DNA of 64,000 nt from Octopus vulgaris (GCA_951406725.2 OX597820.1:5704001-5768000); one strand, 5' to 3'. Positions 13,884-29,734 are shown, numbered from the stretch's first letter. Made by a program: numbers and translations. The notes: a model not told the origin generated them from the sequence alone.

Positions 13884-14249
13884 ATATATATATGTGTGTG
13901 TGTGTATGTATATATTAGATATCACATTTATAACATGTGAAGTCTGTCGTATATAAACTCGATCTGCGTATTAAGTGTCACCCAATCTCTTGCTTCACTC
14001 GCTGACCTCCTATTCAATACAAGCAAAGCATCTGTAGCTTTACTTTACCAACTCCAATGCAGTTGTTGTTTGTGTTTTTAACTTTTGGTTTCAATGCTTT
14101 ATGTTTTTCTGTTTTGTTTTGTTTTTTGTTTTTTTTTGTTTTTGGTTGCTAGGTCTCTTTCGTTTCTTGTTTTTGGTCTTATCCGTTTCATTACGTTGAA
14201 AAAACAAACATGGAAGAAACGGGCGAAAATTATTTATAAGGAAACGGGA

Positions 14250-14274
14250 ATATAATGATAATGATAATAATAGT

Positions 14275-14342
<68 letters not shown>

Positions 14343-14479
14343 CAATAATAATAAGAAGAACAACAGCTATACTAATATGTATTACTTCTTTAAAGCATAA
14401 TAATAATAATGATCTTTATTAGATTGGGGATAAAGTTAATAATTTTGCTTTCAAAAACACAAATATGTCGTGATTATTA

Positions 14480-14538
<59 letters not shown>

Positions 14539-14569
14539 TGATAATAATAAAAATAATAATAATAATAAT
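14250..14569. repeat. (TAA)n arrays upstream of the R4 cluster
   Basis: Directly visible; further (TAA)n at 15167-15286 and 16704-16855. Confidence 0.95.
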
Positions 14570-15163
14570 AAGGAATATATTCACAGACATGACAGAGTTG
14601 GAACCTACATACATTGGAAGCTATGCCGACATTATGGAATAACAACAGAAAAAAGATGGTATAGGCACACACCAGAAAAGGTCACAGAAAACGAGAAAGC
14701 AACCATACTCTGGGATATGCCGATACACACAGATAGAGAAATTAAGGCCAACAGACCAGATATAGTTGTCAGAGATCATGAAGAAAAAAATGCTTTCTAA
14801 TTGATGTATCAATACCGGCAGATGACAACGTGTCTCTAAAAGAAATGGAGAAACTCTCAAAATACAAAGACCTGGAAATAGAGGTAACTAGAATGTGGAA
14901 CCTGAAAACAGAAATAATTCCTATCATAGTAGGTGCATTAGGCATGATAAAAAAATATTCAGACAAATACATAACAAAAACACCAGGACTTACAAACACA
15001 TATAACATACAGAAAATTGCACTACTAGGCACTGCACACATCCTACGCAGAACACTTTCCATACAATAACCATCAGAGCATCACAACAAATCACAGCACA
15101 TACCCAAGGCACACAGAGCTGCGCTCGGTAGTGAAGTGAAATCACGCTATAAAAATAAAACTA

Positions 15164-15166
<3 letters not shown>
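14570..15166 (+). mobile_element. R4/Dong-clade non-LTR retrotransposon, 5'-truncated copy 1
   Basis: RHD motif, RPDIVV..LIDVSIP..EKLSKYKDL restriction-like endonuclease, IPIIVGALG; (TAA)n on both sides; nearly identical to the 3' part of copy 2. Confidence 0.92.
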
Positions 15167-15258
<92 letters not shown>

Positions 15259-15286
15259 TAATAATAATAATAATAATAATAATAAT

Positions 15287-16700
15287 CCATGAACTAGATA
15301 AGACACAACACACACAAATGAAAGAGAAAATAAAAAAAGAATATTATAGACGAGTTAGATCAATACTAAAAACAGAGCTCAATGCTAAAAACAAGATAAT
15401 AGGTATCAACACTTTAGCTGTCCCAGTTATAAGTTACAGCTACAATATCCTTAACTGGACACGAAATGAACTGTCCAAAATAGATAGGAAAACAAGAAAA
15501 ATACTGACAGGATCTAGGATGCATCACCCAAAATCTGACATAGAAAGACTATATATACAACGTATAGAAGGTGGTAGAGGCCTTATACAGCTGGAAAACT
15601 ACTATAAAATAACCACCATAGGACTGCAAAAATACCTACTTCAGAAGGAAGGAAAACTGATCCAGATAGCAGCAAAACACGAGCAAAACAAAAAACTGTT
15701 CTCAGTATTTAAGGAAGCTGACAAATACAAACAAGAAATCATACCACCTAATAAACACAAAGAAGAAGATGATGATGAAGAAACAACAAAAGCTATAAAA
15801 CAAATGAAATCCAAACTAAAAATAGAACAGCAACGAGCCATGATAAAACGATGGCAAGAAAAGCCCCTTCATGGTAAATACTGCACTAAACTAAACGCAA
15901 AAGAAATAGACAAAGAAAAATCCCAGCAATGGTTGAGAAGCTCAGGACTCAAAGCAGAAACAGAGGGATTTTTAATTGCAGCACAAGACCAAAGCCTCCC
16001 CACCAGAAATTACCAAAAACATGTAATGAAAAGAAATATTACAAGTAACTGCAGAATATGTGGAGATGGACAAGAAACAATAAATCATATCTCTAGCTGC
16101 CCAGTCCTGGCTAAGAAGGAATATATTCACAGACATGACAGAGTTGGAACCTACATACATTGGAAGCTATGCCAACATTATGGAATAACAACAGAAAAAA
16201 GATGGTATAGGCACACACCAGAAAAGGTCACAGAAAACGAGAAAGCAAACCATACTCTGGGATATGCCGATACACACAGATAGAGAAATTAAGGCCAACA
16301 GACCAGATATAGTTGTCAGAGATCATGAAGAAAAAAATGCTTTCTAATTGATGTATCAATACCGGCAGATGACAACGTGTCTCTAAAAGAAATGGAGAAA
16401 CTCTCAAAATACAAAGACCTGGAAATAGAGGTAACTAGAATGTGGAACCTGAAAACAGAAACAATTCCTATCATAGTAGGTGCATTAGGCATGATAAAAA
16501 AATATTCAGACAAATACATAACAAAAACACCAGGACTTACAAACACATATAACATACAGAAAATTGCACTACTAGGCACTGCACACATCCTACGCAGAAC
16601 ACTTTCCATACAATAACCATCAGAGCATCACAGCACATACCCAAGGCACACAGAGCTGCGCTCGGTAGTGAAGTGAAAGCACGCTATAAAAATAAAACTA

Positions 16701-16703
<3 letters not shown>
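15287..16703 (+). mobile_element. R4/Dong-clade non-LTR retrotransposon, 5'-truncated copy 2 (RT thumb, CCHC zinc knuckle, RLE)
   Basis: NKIIGINTLAVPVISYS, HPKSDIERLY..GGRGL, ETEGFLIAAQDQSL, CRICGDGQETINHI..C, RHD; a frameshift separates this from the RLE; (TAA)n on both sides. Confidence 0.95.
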
Positions 16704-16736
<33 letters not shown>

Positions 16737-16746
16737 GATAATGATG

Positions 16747-16846
<100 letters not shown>

Positions 16847-16855
16847 TAATAATAA

Positions 16856-17245
16856 GTGGACAAGGTACACCACATGTGCTATATAGTTGATATTGCATGC
16901 TCCTTTGACCCACGAAGTGTCAAGAATAAAGGCGAAAAGATAAATAGATACAACGCTCTTAAAAACGAAATAGCCCGACTATGGAAAATGAAGAAGGTGC
17001 AGAAAGCGCCATTCATTATTGGGTCCTTGGGGAAGGCATCAAGAGGGATATAAATGAAATTGGAATAGAGTGCCCAGTAGATCTGTTACAAATGGCTTGC
17101 TTCCTTGGCACGGCCAGAATAATCAGGAAAGTATTAGATAGCTGAAAAGAACGAATAGCATGGTACCGTAGGTTGCATGTAGCAAGCCATCGAATTGCCC
17201 TCAGGTGGGCCTGTCCGAAATACACACTGAGTAACAAAACCATTC
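16856..17245 (+). mobile_element. Third, divergent R4-type 3' fragment
   Basis: CYIVDIACSFD...EKINRYNALKNEIARLWKMKKV..PFIIGSLG begins directly after (TAA)n. Confidence 0.8.
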
Positions 17246-17699
17246 TCAAGTATCCGTGTACCACTTGCTTGTGGAGTTTTGGGCGACATTTGCTCTCACG
17301 TGTAGAAGGGTTCTGGGTATGGGCTGAGACCACTTTGTTTTGAATGGGAAAGGCAGTTTCCATTTGCCTGTGGTAATGGTAAAAGAACTGGTATGGTGGA
17401 AGACATATAAAAATATTCTCCTTCCCCAGTGAAGCCCTCGTTGACCATCCAAGTTTACTTGGAAAGAAAGTTGACAGCGGGGAGACAGAAGTACAAACTC
17501 CCAATAAATTTCTTGAAAGGTGGGTGATAGTTGTGAGCGTGACTCGAGTGAACGGCCCTGCTCTGAGCGTGCGCGTGTAGGTATGAAGACGATAAGAGAG
17601 AGAGTGAGAGAGAGAGAGTGCTTATCCAAGTTGACAGTGAATCAGTCTCTGTGACGTTCTTCGAGTACACCTCGCTACTAGGAAGAGATCCCTTCGGCC

Positions 17700-17815
17700 A
17701 CGAATGACCATGGGATTGCGACTCATTTCTACAGCTGAGTGGAATGGAGCAACGTGGTTCGAACTCATAACCTCACGGTCGTAAGCTCGACGTTCTAGCC
17801 ACTGAGCCATGCGCC
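17700..17815 (-). mobile_element. tRNA-derived SINE head fragment
   Basis: Minus strand GGCGCATGGCTCAGTGGCTAG (A box) ... GAGTTCGAACC (B box); no acceptor stem. Confidence 0.6.
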
Positions 17816-17839
17816 TTTACCTTGCTATTAACACCCTTT

Positions 17840-18150
17840 GTATGGGGAATAATTTTCGTGGAAATTATTTTTGCGGGTATTATTTTCGTAGGAATTATTT
17901 TTGTGGGGTGTATTTTTGTGGGAACGATTTTTCGTGGGGATTATTTTTGTGGGGAATTGTTTTTGCGGGATTAAGTTTTGCTGGAATAATTTTCGTGGGA
18001 ATAATTTTTGTGGGGGACTATTTTCAAAGGAATTATTTTTGTGGGGTTCATTTTTGTGGGAACAATTTTCGTGGGGATTATTTTTGTGGGAATTGTTTTT
18101 GTGGGATTGATTTTTGTTGGAATAAATTTCGTTGGAATTATTTTTGTATT
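17840..18150. repeat. 15-16 bp minisatellite, consensus GGAATTATTTTTGTG, about 20 units
   Basis: Directly visible; explains the GIIFV-repeat ORFs. Confidence 0.9.
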
Positions 18151-18236
18151 TTTTAAATTTTATTTTAGTTTCGTTACGTGTATATCTTGTTCTTTCCCCC
18201 TCCTTCGCCTCGTCGTCCTAGCCTTCATCGTCACCA

Positions 18237-18335
<99 letters not shown>

Positions 18336-18782
18336 CCAGTTCTTTGCATCATTCAAAGCAACACACGCTTCTTCATACCCAACATATTGACTTACCAATT
18401 ATTCGTTCCAGTGTCCAAGACACACCTTTATCTACTTTCAAAAAGTCAACAGTCGGTGAAACAATACCTCTCGTTTTCTCAATCTTTTTTTCTCAAAATC
18501 CCTCTCTCTTTCTAAGACTTAGGCAATGACTCACGTATGATTCACTGTCTCTCGCCCTCAACCCGTTTATATATGTGTGTGTGTGTGTGAGTCTGTATGT
18601 GTGTGTGTGTGTTCTCGGCGATTACTTTATACGGCAATATTTGTATTTTTTAAACTCTAAACTTACCATAAATGTATTTTGTATATTTACTGCAAAGGCG
18701 GAAGGGAAGAGTAAGAACAACTAATAAAAAAAAAAACAAAATAAAACAAAACAAAAGACAAAAGCAAACAAAAACAGTACAA

Positions 18783-18809
<27 letters not shown>

Positions 18810-18816
<7 letters not shown>

Positions 18817-19348
18817 AATAGTAGAGTGAAAAAACGACAGAAGGCTTGAATGTTAAAAAATATATATATTTGCGTCAATATGTCTGAAGAATATTAGAAA
18901 ATTAAAAAAAAATTTTTTTCCCTCTTATAATGGCATAAATTAAAAGAAATACCGCTTTCGCGTGTAGCTTTTCAAATTTCTTGTGACGTTATGTTTATAT
19001 TGCATGTTATCGTTGTGTTTATTTTCAGGAGATTTCTAAATAAGGGGAGGTAGTGAGTGATTTCTTCCGGTGTAAGGGAGATAATCGCTTAAAATTTTTT
19101 TCCTTTCCCTTGTGAATTTCTCTGTGTCAGTATGTTCGGATGGTTGAGTCTGGGTTTGTACTTTTCAATGAAGAATGTTTCCTTGTTCAGTCTCATTTGT
19201 GTTGATGATCCGAAAGCACATTGGTAAAATGGGAAGATTAAAAATTGTGGCAGTAGTTGCTTTGCGCATTTCTCTATGTGCTCACTAAAAGGTATCATTC
19301 TATATTCTGGGAATGCAATCTGTTGTCGATGCAGTGTGCATCTACGCA
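18810..19348 (-). mobile_element. Penelope-like element 3' fragment (GIY-YIG C-terminus and 3' UTR) between (TA)n tracts
   Basis: HRQQI..SEHIEKC..FLIFPFYQC..RLNKETFFIEKYKPRLN; degenerate hammerhead-like core at 18945-19037 (CTGAAAA...GAAAGCGGTA). Confidence 0.85.
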
Positions 19349-19392
19349 CATATATATATATATATATATACCTACCACCAAGACTTCACAAG

Positions 19393-19437
<45 letters not shown>

Positions 19438-19649
19438 CAGACAGACAGACAGACAAAACAGAGGAAAATGTCCCTTGGATTTGAAATTATGGATATATTT
19501 AAAAAAGATTTTATTTCATTTTTCCACAATTTAATTGTATTCATGCTTTACTCTTAAGTTGAAAAAGTTGCAGAGTAAAACCGGTACTAAAATGCTCTTC
19601 ATGATAAAATTATTTTAGCATTTTCTGCCGTTTTTTATTTTCCGTATAC

Positions 19650-19730
<81 letters not shown>

Positions 19731-19869
19731 TATACATACGCAGATCTATGTAATTTCATAATATATATGGGTAATGAATAATGATTTTTATACATACATA
19801 CAAAAATACATGCATGCATGCATGCATGTATGAATATATATAAATATTTAAAATAATTAAGCTGGCTAG

Positions 19870-19900
<31 letters not shown>

Positions 19901-19901
19901 C

Positions 19902-19957
<56 letters not shown>

Positions 19958-20311
19958 GTAAAATGATGAGGCACATGAGTAGTTATGCGTCATTAATGAC
20001 TTCTGTCAACAAAGTCTACCTGTTGAGAGGTAGCAATGAATTAGGTATCTCTCAACAGAAGGTTCAAATCTATAAACAACCAGTGATATCTATCAAAAAG
20101 TGGTCCGAGTTGTTCTTTGACTATCGTCACTGGACATTACATGTTTAATCACATCTGGAATTTTGCGTCCCTAATAATCGATTTGATCACCAATTATGAT
20201 CCTATTAATATAAATTCTACATATTGACTACTCAAGTCTTTGGATTGCACATAAACAGACATACACACACACACAAACATATACACAGAGAGTTGTGTGG
20301 AATATCATAAT

Positions 20312-20697
20312 AATAATGAAATTATTGTATACAGTGCTGAGGTGCACCACAACTTGTCAAAAGTGCGTATAAATCATATGCAGTAATGTACAAATGTCTG
20401 GAAAGCGAACAGTGTATGAGTCAGAGACATGCTTGCGTGTGCATGGAGAGGAGAAAATCAGGTGTAGTGTTGGCGAATCTCAGGAAGCATGGAAGTTTTG
20501 AAGGATGCAGTGCTCTGACAACTAACAACTGATGCCGGCAGTTTGTTCCATGCTTCAGCAACTCTTAACATGAAAAAATGTTTCCGAAAGTCATGGAAGC
20601 TGTGCTGTTTTCTGACTTTGTAAACATGTCCACGGGTGTTAGACAGGTGGAGTTTGAAAAGGCGCTCAGAGTTATTGTTTGTAAGATGGTTAATAAT
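20312..20697 (-). mobile_element. CR1-clade LINE 3' end
   Basis: RKHFFMLRVAEAWNKLPASVVSCQSTASFK, followed by a short 3' UTR and (ATT)n tail. Confidence 0.8.
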
Positions 20698-20733
20698 TTA
20701 TATTTATATATATATATACATAGACGAAGAGGG

Positions 20734-20783
<50 letters not shown>

Positions 20784-21604
20784 AAGAGAGAAAATATAAG
20801 CTTCGTCCGTGGGATTAACCGTTCGTCTCTCTCCAAAACATGCAAAACTGAAACAGGAGCAGCCCCATGAATTTAGCATACACTCAGTTTTGAACCTTGC
20901 TTCACTTGCACTTCAGTAATATTACACAAACCATAATATTACTTTATGTCAGACGATTTGCAGATCAACCGGAAATACTATTTTCGCCATAATTCTAATA
21001 TCAGGAGGAAAATAATTACGGCACCGCTAAACCTGCTTCCGGTTTAGGTCATAAGGCTTTGGTGTGCTTCGGGTGGACAGGAACTGGAACGAGGCTGTTT
21101 GAGGAAACTGTTTCTGAACGGTCGAGGATTTGATGTGATTTGGCGAGAAGCTTATTAGAAATAGGCGACTGACTGAATAAAAACATACATTTACACACAC
21201 GTACAACACATACACACTTACACACACTTATACACATACATACTTACACACACTTATACACAAACATGCAAACATACATAAATGCATATAAACAGGCATA
21301 TACACAATTCGACATATACAAAAATACACACAAAATATACATACATACATATTTGAATATACAATAAAAATACATAATACACACACAAATCTTGGTAATC
21401 TCTCGCAGACCGAGAAAGAGGATTCGTCAACTTCTTGCTCAAGCCTCTGCACTCATGTTTATAATGGTCACTTTAGCTCGCTCCCACCTGGAAATCGATA
21501 TTACCTCAACAGGTGCACGATCTGTCACATGTCAGATGTGAAGTGATATGTGTGTGTATGTGTGCGGGTTTGTGTGTATATGTGCGTGTTTGTGTGTATG
21601 AATT

Positions 21605-21905
21605 CGTTTGTTTTTTTACTTGTTTCAGTCATTTGAATGCAGCCATAATGGAGGACCGCTTTAAAGGATTTTAGTTGCATAAATCGACCACAGAACTTAT
21701 GTTTTAAGCCTGTACTTATACTGTCCATCTCTTTTGTCGAAACGCCAAATTATGGGGACGTACACACATCAACACCGGTTGTCATGCAGTGATGGGTTGG
21801 GGAACAATTACAGACATAAAAACACTGACACAGAGGTGCATTCCTATGTATACATATATATAGGACGACAGGTTTCTTCAGTTTTCCGTCAACCAAATTC
21901 ACTCC
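21605..21905 (-). mobile_element. Degenerate SINE family B
   Basis: ttacttgtttcagtcattt tail; gacgtacacacatcaacaccggttgtc; cagttttccgtc. Confidence 0.65.
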
Positions 21906-22009
21906 TTTTGCCCCTCTTTCGTTATCAGCTATCTTTTAGCTGGAATTCATGTTTGACTGGATATACACGTGGAAATCCTTTAGTATACGCAAAATTAATA
22001 CATATATAT

Positions 22010-22170
22010 ATTATTTTCTATCCCTTGTTTCTTTCTGTGTTCCTTTCTGTGGAAGAGCGTAGGCTCGAAACGTTAAAGACTTTTTCACTTCCCGAGCGTT
22101 AAACTAATACATCTGTTTGTTGTTTGCACCACCTGTCTTCGACTTTTGTTTTATGTGAATTCTCCCAATA
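22010..22170 (+). mobile_element. Short PLE-like terminal repeat with a hammerhead core variant at 22043-22078
   Basis: cttt CTGTGGA a gagc gtag gctc GAAA cg TT aaag; homolog at 49132-49310. Confidence 0.65.
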
Positions 22171-22272
22171 CATATAATTACAAATATACATGTATGTGTG
22201 TACTTGTGTGTACGTATGTATGTATGTATTATGTAGGGAGATAGGTAAATAGATAGATAGGGGGAAAGATAT

Positions 22273-23763
22273 GTTTCTTTATTAGCCACACAGGGCTGCA
22301 CACAGATAGAACAAATTACAAGGTAGAGCTTTTCTTTTGAAGGTTTAAGAAAGAAAAAAAAAAAAAAAAAAGGAAGGGGGAGTTTCGATCAAAAGGGATC
22401 GTAAAAGGAGAGAAAGAGGACAAAAAAAAGGGGGGGTTTAAAAAAAAAAGGGGGGAGGAAAAAAAATTGATCAATAGGGATCGTTATCACAGAAATGTCA
22501 ATATGAAGTGTAAGGGGGAGGACAGGTGAGGTTTACCCGTGCAAAGAAAAGCCTACGGAAAAGACCACGGTAACCTCGGTCAATGATGTCACATTTTATA
22601 TTTCTTTTTTTTTTTTTGCAAATAAGCAACTCTCTGTTTTCGATTTCTGGGTTCATAGGACTATGCTCAAGGTGGCTTCGTCATTCATACGTGCCATTCT
22701 TGCTACATTCACCCATCTTTTTTTAAAACATTCGCTAGACAAAACTTGCCTCTCTACTCTCACTTTCCTTTTCAAGTGGTACTTGAAGAAGTTGATGAGA
22801 GATTGACCAGAGAGGAAAGTGTTTGTCTCCAATCCTTTCAGACGCGTCCACCAGATACATTCTTTCGCCATAGCCACAAGGATGATGAAAATAGCTCTTC
22901 CTTCCCGTTTGAAGGAAGGAGGCGTGACAATATTGACGATAGACTCAGCTGATAAACCGACTCGTCCCACACGTGACAGCAGTTGTTCGACATAAGCCCA
23001 CAGGTCGGAAATTGTTGGACACTGAACGAGTGCGTGCAGAACGGTTTCGTCGCTCTGACCGCATCTCGGGCAGGTCGGCCCCGTGTTTCTCGAGCCGTGT
23101 CTGTAGAGCTTATCCCGAACGGGTAGCGCTTCTCGGTAGCAGTGCCAGGCCAGGGATCTCTGGAAGTTGTCCATGGGCCCTGGCCCGAAAGTCGTCCTGA
23201 ACAGGCGGGTCAGGTACTCCTCGTCGACGTCCAGGTTCGCCCCGAGCTCGTCGTCGTACCTCCCCTCCACTAAACCCCTATAGAATGCTTTGGTTGTGTT
23301 GAAGTCACTTAGGTCGACCCAGGACGGCAGAGTTGCTTGAGAGCAACGCGACACTCGCGGTGCCATTCGCCCTTCCTCGGCCTCTTTTTGATCCACGACT
23401 GCAGTTCGGTCATGGAGACGAGCTGCGGGAAAGCGTGCCTCACAAACGGCGACCACACCTGTTCACCGTCGTCTACATAGAGCCAGAGATGCCGCAGTCT
23501 CAGCGCGTGTCTGCGCATCATCAACCACGGCATGCCCAGCCCTCCTTTTAACGGGTGTTGACAGCAAATGGATCGCCTGACCATCGGGACGCATCCTTTC
23601 CACAAGAAGCGAAAGAGGATGCGTTGTAGTTTGGTGATGGTAGGGTCGGGACAAGGTACGACGGTCAGGCGGTAGTAGATGACGGACGCGATGTACGTGT
23701 TCGCCACCTCCGCTCGACCTTTTAGGGACAGTTTCCTCTCGGCCCATTGCCGGGCGAGAGTGA
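22273..23763 (-). mobile_element. Tx1/L1-clade non-LTR retrotransposon, 5'-truncated copy A (frameshifted)
   Basis: ANTYIASVIYYRL, FRFLWKG, KGGLGMP, CPRCGQSDETVLHALVQC zinc knuckle; 3' UTR with AATAAA; ATCT-type repeats on both flanks. Confidence 0.92.
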
Positions 23764-23770
23764 AAGATAA

Positions 23771-23843
<73 letters not shown>

Positions 23844-24503
23844 GGGGGTAGATAGGTATGGCAGTTCTATGCACACAAATTACTCGTCTATTTTGTATGC
23901 ATGTCAGTTTATTTCCTTGGAAGTGTATATGAAGCTGCAACTATTACATGCGTTGTCTCAGAGACGATATTTTATTGTATTTATTCTTCAGAGCCGGTAT
24001 ACGTTCGTCTGTCTGTAAAGGAGTAGCCTCTCTCACCATTAAACTTTACTATATTCTCTCCTAGATTCTTCTGACGTGATATCAATGTTTTCGTCGGCCT
24101 AAATAAACAAAGGTGAATATAATACAACTCCCTTTGCTCTCGCTATCTCTCTACTTCCGGTATAATCATTTACATATAATTCGCCAGATTTTCTTTAATC
24201 CCAAACTGACTCTCTGCCTATAAACCATAGAGAACAAAGAATATTTACTATTTTTAGGAAGAGAACATTCCAATTTCTTCTATTTATTTTCAGAACGGTA
24301 TCATAGCCTGAGATTTTAGCAAACTAACTCTATTGAAATATATTTCAGCTGAGCTGTAACTCGTTGCTAAAGTTGTACTGAGATAAGAAAAGCAATAAAA
24401 TAGATAGAGGTGGATTACTTTTATTCCATCTACTTAGAGGAAGAAGAAGAAGAGGATGTGGATTTGAAATAAAGGTTTTACTCAGTACATACAGAATACA
24501 CAA

Positions 24504-24534
<31 letters not shown>

Positions 24535-24643
24535 TTCCCGCAGGCGCTATGAATGTATATGTGCGTGTATGTATGTGTAGAAATATATATACACTCACAT
24601 ATATATAGTATATATACATACACTAATATACATATATACATAC

Positions 24644-24720
<77 letters not shown>

Positions 24721-25106
24721 CATACATACATATATATATACACAGAGGTAGGAAATCATTTGAATTTGACAAATGGAATCGGGAAATTTAATTCACTGTT
24801 TAGTTTCGGCTTCAAAGGAACCAAAATAACGAGCGTATGCAGGTGTGTGTGTGCGTGCGTGTGCATGCATATGTGTATATGTGTGTATATATGTGTGTAT
24901 ATGTATGTATGCATGTGTGTGTGCATGTTTGTTTGTGTGCAGGTGCGTGTGCGAGTAATGTGAATAACCTTGTTCAATGGCTTTGTTATTTGTAATGCAA
25001 CAGAGCACGAATTCAACCAAAAGGTTAAATACAAACGAGTACAAAGTCCAATAGAATGTAATCTGTCTGCCTGTCTGTCTGTCTGTCTGTCTCTCTTTCT
25101 CTATCC

Positions 25107-26633
<1,527 letters not shown>

Positions 26634-26635
26634 TT

Positions 26636-27000
<365 letters not shown>

Positions 27001-27167
27001 TCTATTTATCTTTGTACCTATCTGTCCATTGTCTGTCCTTCAGCTTGTGTGTACACACATTTGTTTCTACACTTGTATGCAGAGAAATAAAGCTTAGTGA
27101 TTAAGCGTTTATGATCATAACGCGGTGTGTTGGATACCTGATCAGGATGGACACTGTGTTGCGTGTG

Positions 27168-27210
<43 letters not shown>

Positions 27211-27271
27211 CATATATATTGCATAGTGTATAAAAATTGTAGTTTTTATAGCTACTTCCAGACAATGGTTC

Positions 27272-27305
27272 GTATTTATGCATTTCAACACTCTTCAACA
27301 GATAC
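27272..27305 (-). ncRNA. Hammerhead-like motif, A6U core variant
   Basis: gtat CTGTTGA agagtgtt GAAA tgca TA a atac; stem II is weak. Confidence 0.45.
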
Positions 27306-27683
27306 TGTGCTGTGTTCTGTCAGTATTTCCCCCTGTGTTCTCGCAATGTAGTGCTGCGATTTCTCTTCATATTTCTGTGGGATTGTGTATGTGATGTTTC
27401 TCTGTCAAACATAAACTGCACAGTTTTGACTATTTATTTTCTGCGGTGACAATCGGAAATAGACCCTACAATCTGTACACTCTCTATTAGCCTTTATTTG
27501 CCAAAAATGATTCGAGACAGTGATTGAAAAAAACAAAAAAACAAAAAATCAGGCGTGCCACTATATTTCACACTAATAACATTTTTCTTTTTAGCGAAAC
27601 AATATTCAGATTAATTCATTTTTTCAATAGCTTCCTGCACTTCGGTGTTACGCAATGTTTATTCAAGCAATAAACCTCAATGT

Positions 27684-27722
27684 TTCGTCTATTTTCTATT
27701 GGTTTTTAATAATCCTCAGGAA
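27684..27722 (-). ncRNA. Degenerate hammerhead motif
   Basis: ttc CTGAGGA ttatt aaaaacc aata GAAA atag AC gaa; stem III and cleavage triplet appear mutated. Confidence 0.45.
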
Positions 27723-28951
27723 TTTGTGACTATGCATCGAGATGCTTTCATCTGGCAGATGGTGTGAAATAACTGGCGGTTATATTGTATTGACCCAGCT
27801 GAATAATGTTGTTGCTCACAAAACCATTCTTTTCCGCTGACAGCAGGTACAAGATGAATTTCATTTAATGTGGGTACCATCAATAAAGGAGGAGATAATT
27901 TGTATCGCGACTTTATTTATATATTTTATTTTTAGAAAGCAATAAAAGCCACAGACAGCTTAAATTACAGGGGCCTCCAAATTACAGGGCCTGAAAAAAG
28001 GAAATTATCTTCATACGCGAAGTTGAAATAAATACTTGCAAGAGTACAACAAAAACTAATTACGGTAACCGAGGGTCAATTAATGATGTAACCACAGGTC
28101 AGGGATTAAGATTACCATCGTAAAACCTCTACAAAACAGCAGCGAATTATTTGAAAGCCTTCCACTCAGTTCCCATCAACCAATACCTCAAATTATTTAC
28201 TTAAGACACAATAACTCCCATTAAATATATTCATTAATGAAAACAATTGAGAAGAGTAAAAGGCAACACTTAAACTGAATCTGCTTCTATTCCTTCAGTT
28301 ATTCAAACGTGTATTTACATTGCTGCTATAAAAAGATTTAATTTCTGTTAATTACAGAACCGAACGCCGATTGACTTGAGCGAAAACAGAATTATACTGG
28401 CTTCAATTGGTTGAGGATTTATAAGTATTCCACTGTCTTTTATCTGTCTGTCTGTCTGTCTCCCTCTTTCTCCGTTTCTCTCTCTCGTTTCTCACACGTG
28501 ACCATCGTCCATCTTTCTCTTCCTCACGTGATCATCTTTCTTTTTTTCACGACTTTTGTAAGGACAGCATGTATCCAATCTCTCTCTTATATCTTTTCTC
28601 TTCTCAAAGAAAATATTTCTTCAGTGTTCGCTTTGGGTCTCTCCATAAGACCCAAATTTTATTTTGGCACTTATGGAAGCAACTGTCTTTGGAGACTCAT
28701 ATTGTCGTTCAATGCTCGAAATGAGGGGTAGATAGACAGCCGACAACTGACGATGGGTCGTTCGTTATGTTACTTGTCCTGTTTTCCATTTGTTTCTCTC
28801 GCTGTTTGCGTATTCAACTCATTTGCTTTAGTATTTCATGCTGTTTACTGTTTTGTGACGTCCTGTACCCATATATGCATGTGTATGTATGTGTGTGTAT
28901 ATATGTGTGCGTATATGTGTGTATGTATGCATACATATATGCATGTATATA

Positions 28952-29024
<73 letters not shown>

Positions 29025-29069
29025 TAGATAGATAATTTTAACTTGTCTCTGACATTAGATTGCAGCAAT

Positions 29070-29405
29070 GCTGCAGCAACCCCTCGAAGAATTTTACTCG
29101 ACTAACATGACCCCAAAACTTTTTTTGTGAAACCTGGTACAAATTCTATCACTCTCTTTTGCCGCAACGCCAAGTTACGAGGACGTCAACCGACAACAGC
29201 TATTGTCAAGCGTTGGGGGTGGGGTCAAACACACACACATATGTATATACGACGGGCTTCTTTCGGCATCCGTCGGCCAAATTCACTCAGAAAGCTCGAA
29301 GCTAGAGTAGAAGACACTTGCCCCAGGTGACACGGACTGGGACTGAACCTGGAACCATGTAGTTAAGAAGCAACCTACTTACCATACAGCAACGCCTGCC
29401 CCTAT
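29070..29405 (-). mobile_element. SINE family B
   Basis: Family head, core and tail, diverged. Confidence 0.75.
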
Positions 29406-29734
29406 GGCTGAAATAAAAGTAGATTACATTAACCCAACACTAGAAACATATGTAGTTATGTTTGACCTTCTCATATTGTTTATATATATATGAATGGCGG
29501 TGCCCCAGCATGGCCACAGCTCGTGAGCTGAAACTAGATAAAATGAATATATAGTATGCTCAAATTTGACCAAATGCGTTCTTTTGGTCAAACTATCGTA
29601 TCTCCAGTTGCTTCAGATGCCAAGCTATCAAAGATAGTCAAAGTGTAGTACAACGGTTTTGCTATGGAATAGTGAAGTTACTTTTTCGTTTTCGGAAAAC
29701 GCAACGTTTTGGACATACGACACTTTTGCATAAT

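Noticed and set aside
15255-15286. Start codon and poly-Ile N-terminus of the 342-aa ORF
   Set aside because: They derive from the (TAA)n flank; the element is 5'-truncated at 15287.
17250-17540. Possible LINE endonuclease fragment on the minus strand
   Set aside because: Only one weak motif (VVSAHTQ); not enough to call.
17840-18150. CRISPR array or GIIFV pentapeptide-repeat protein
   Set aside because: There are no unique spacers, unit lengths shift frame, and the context is eukaryotic.
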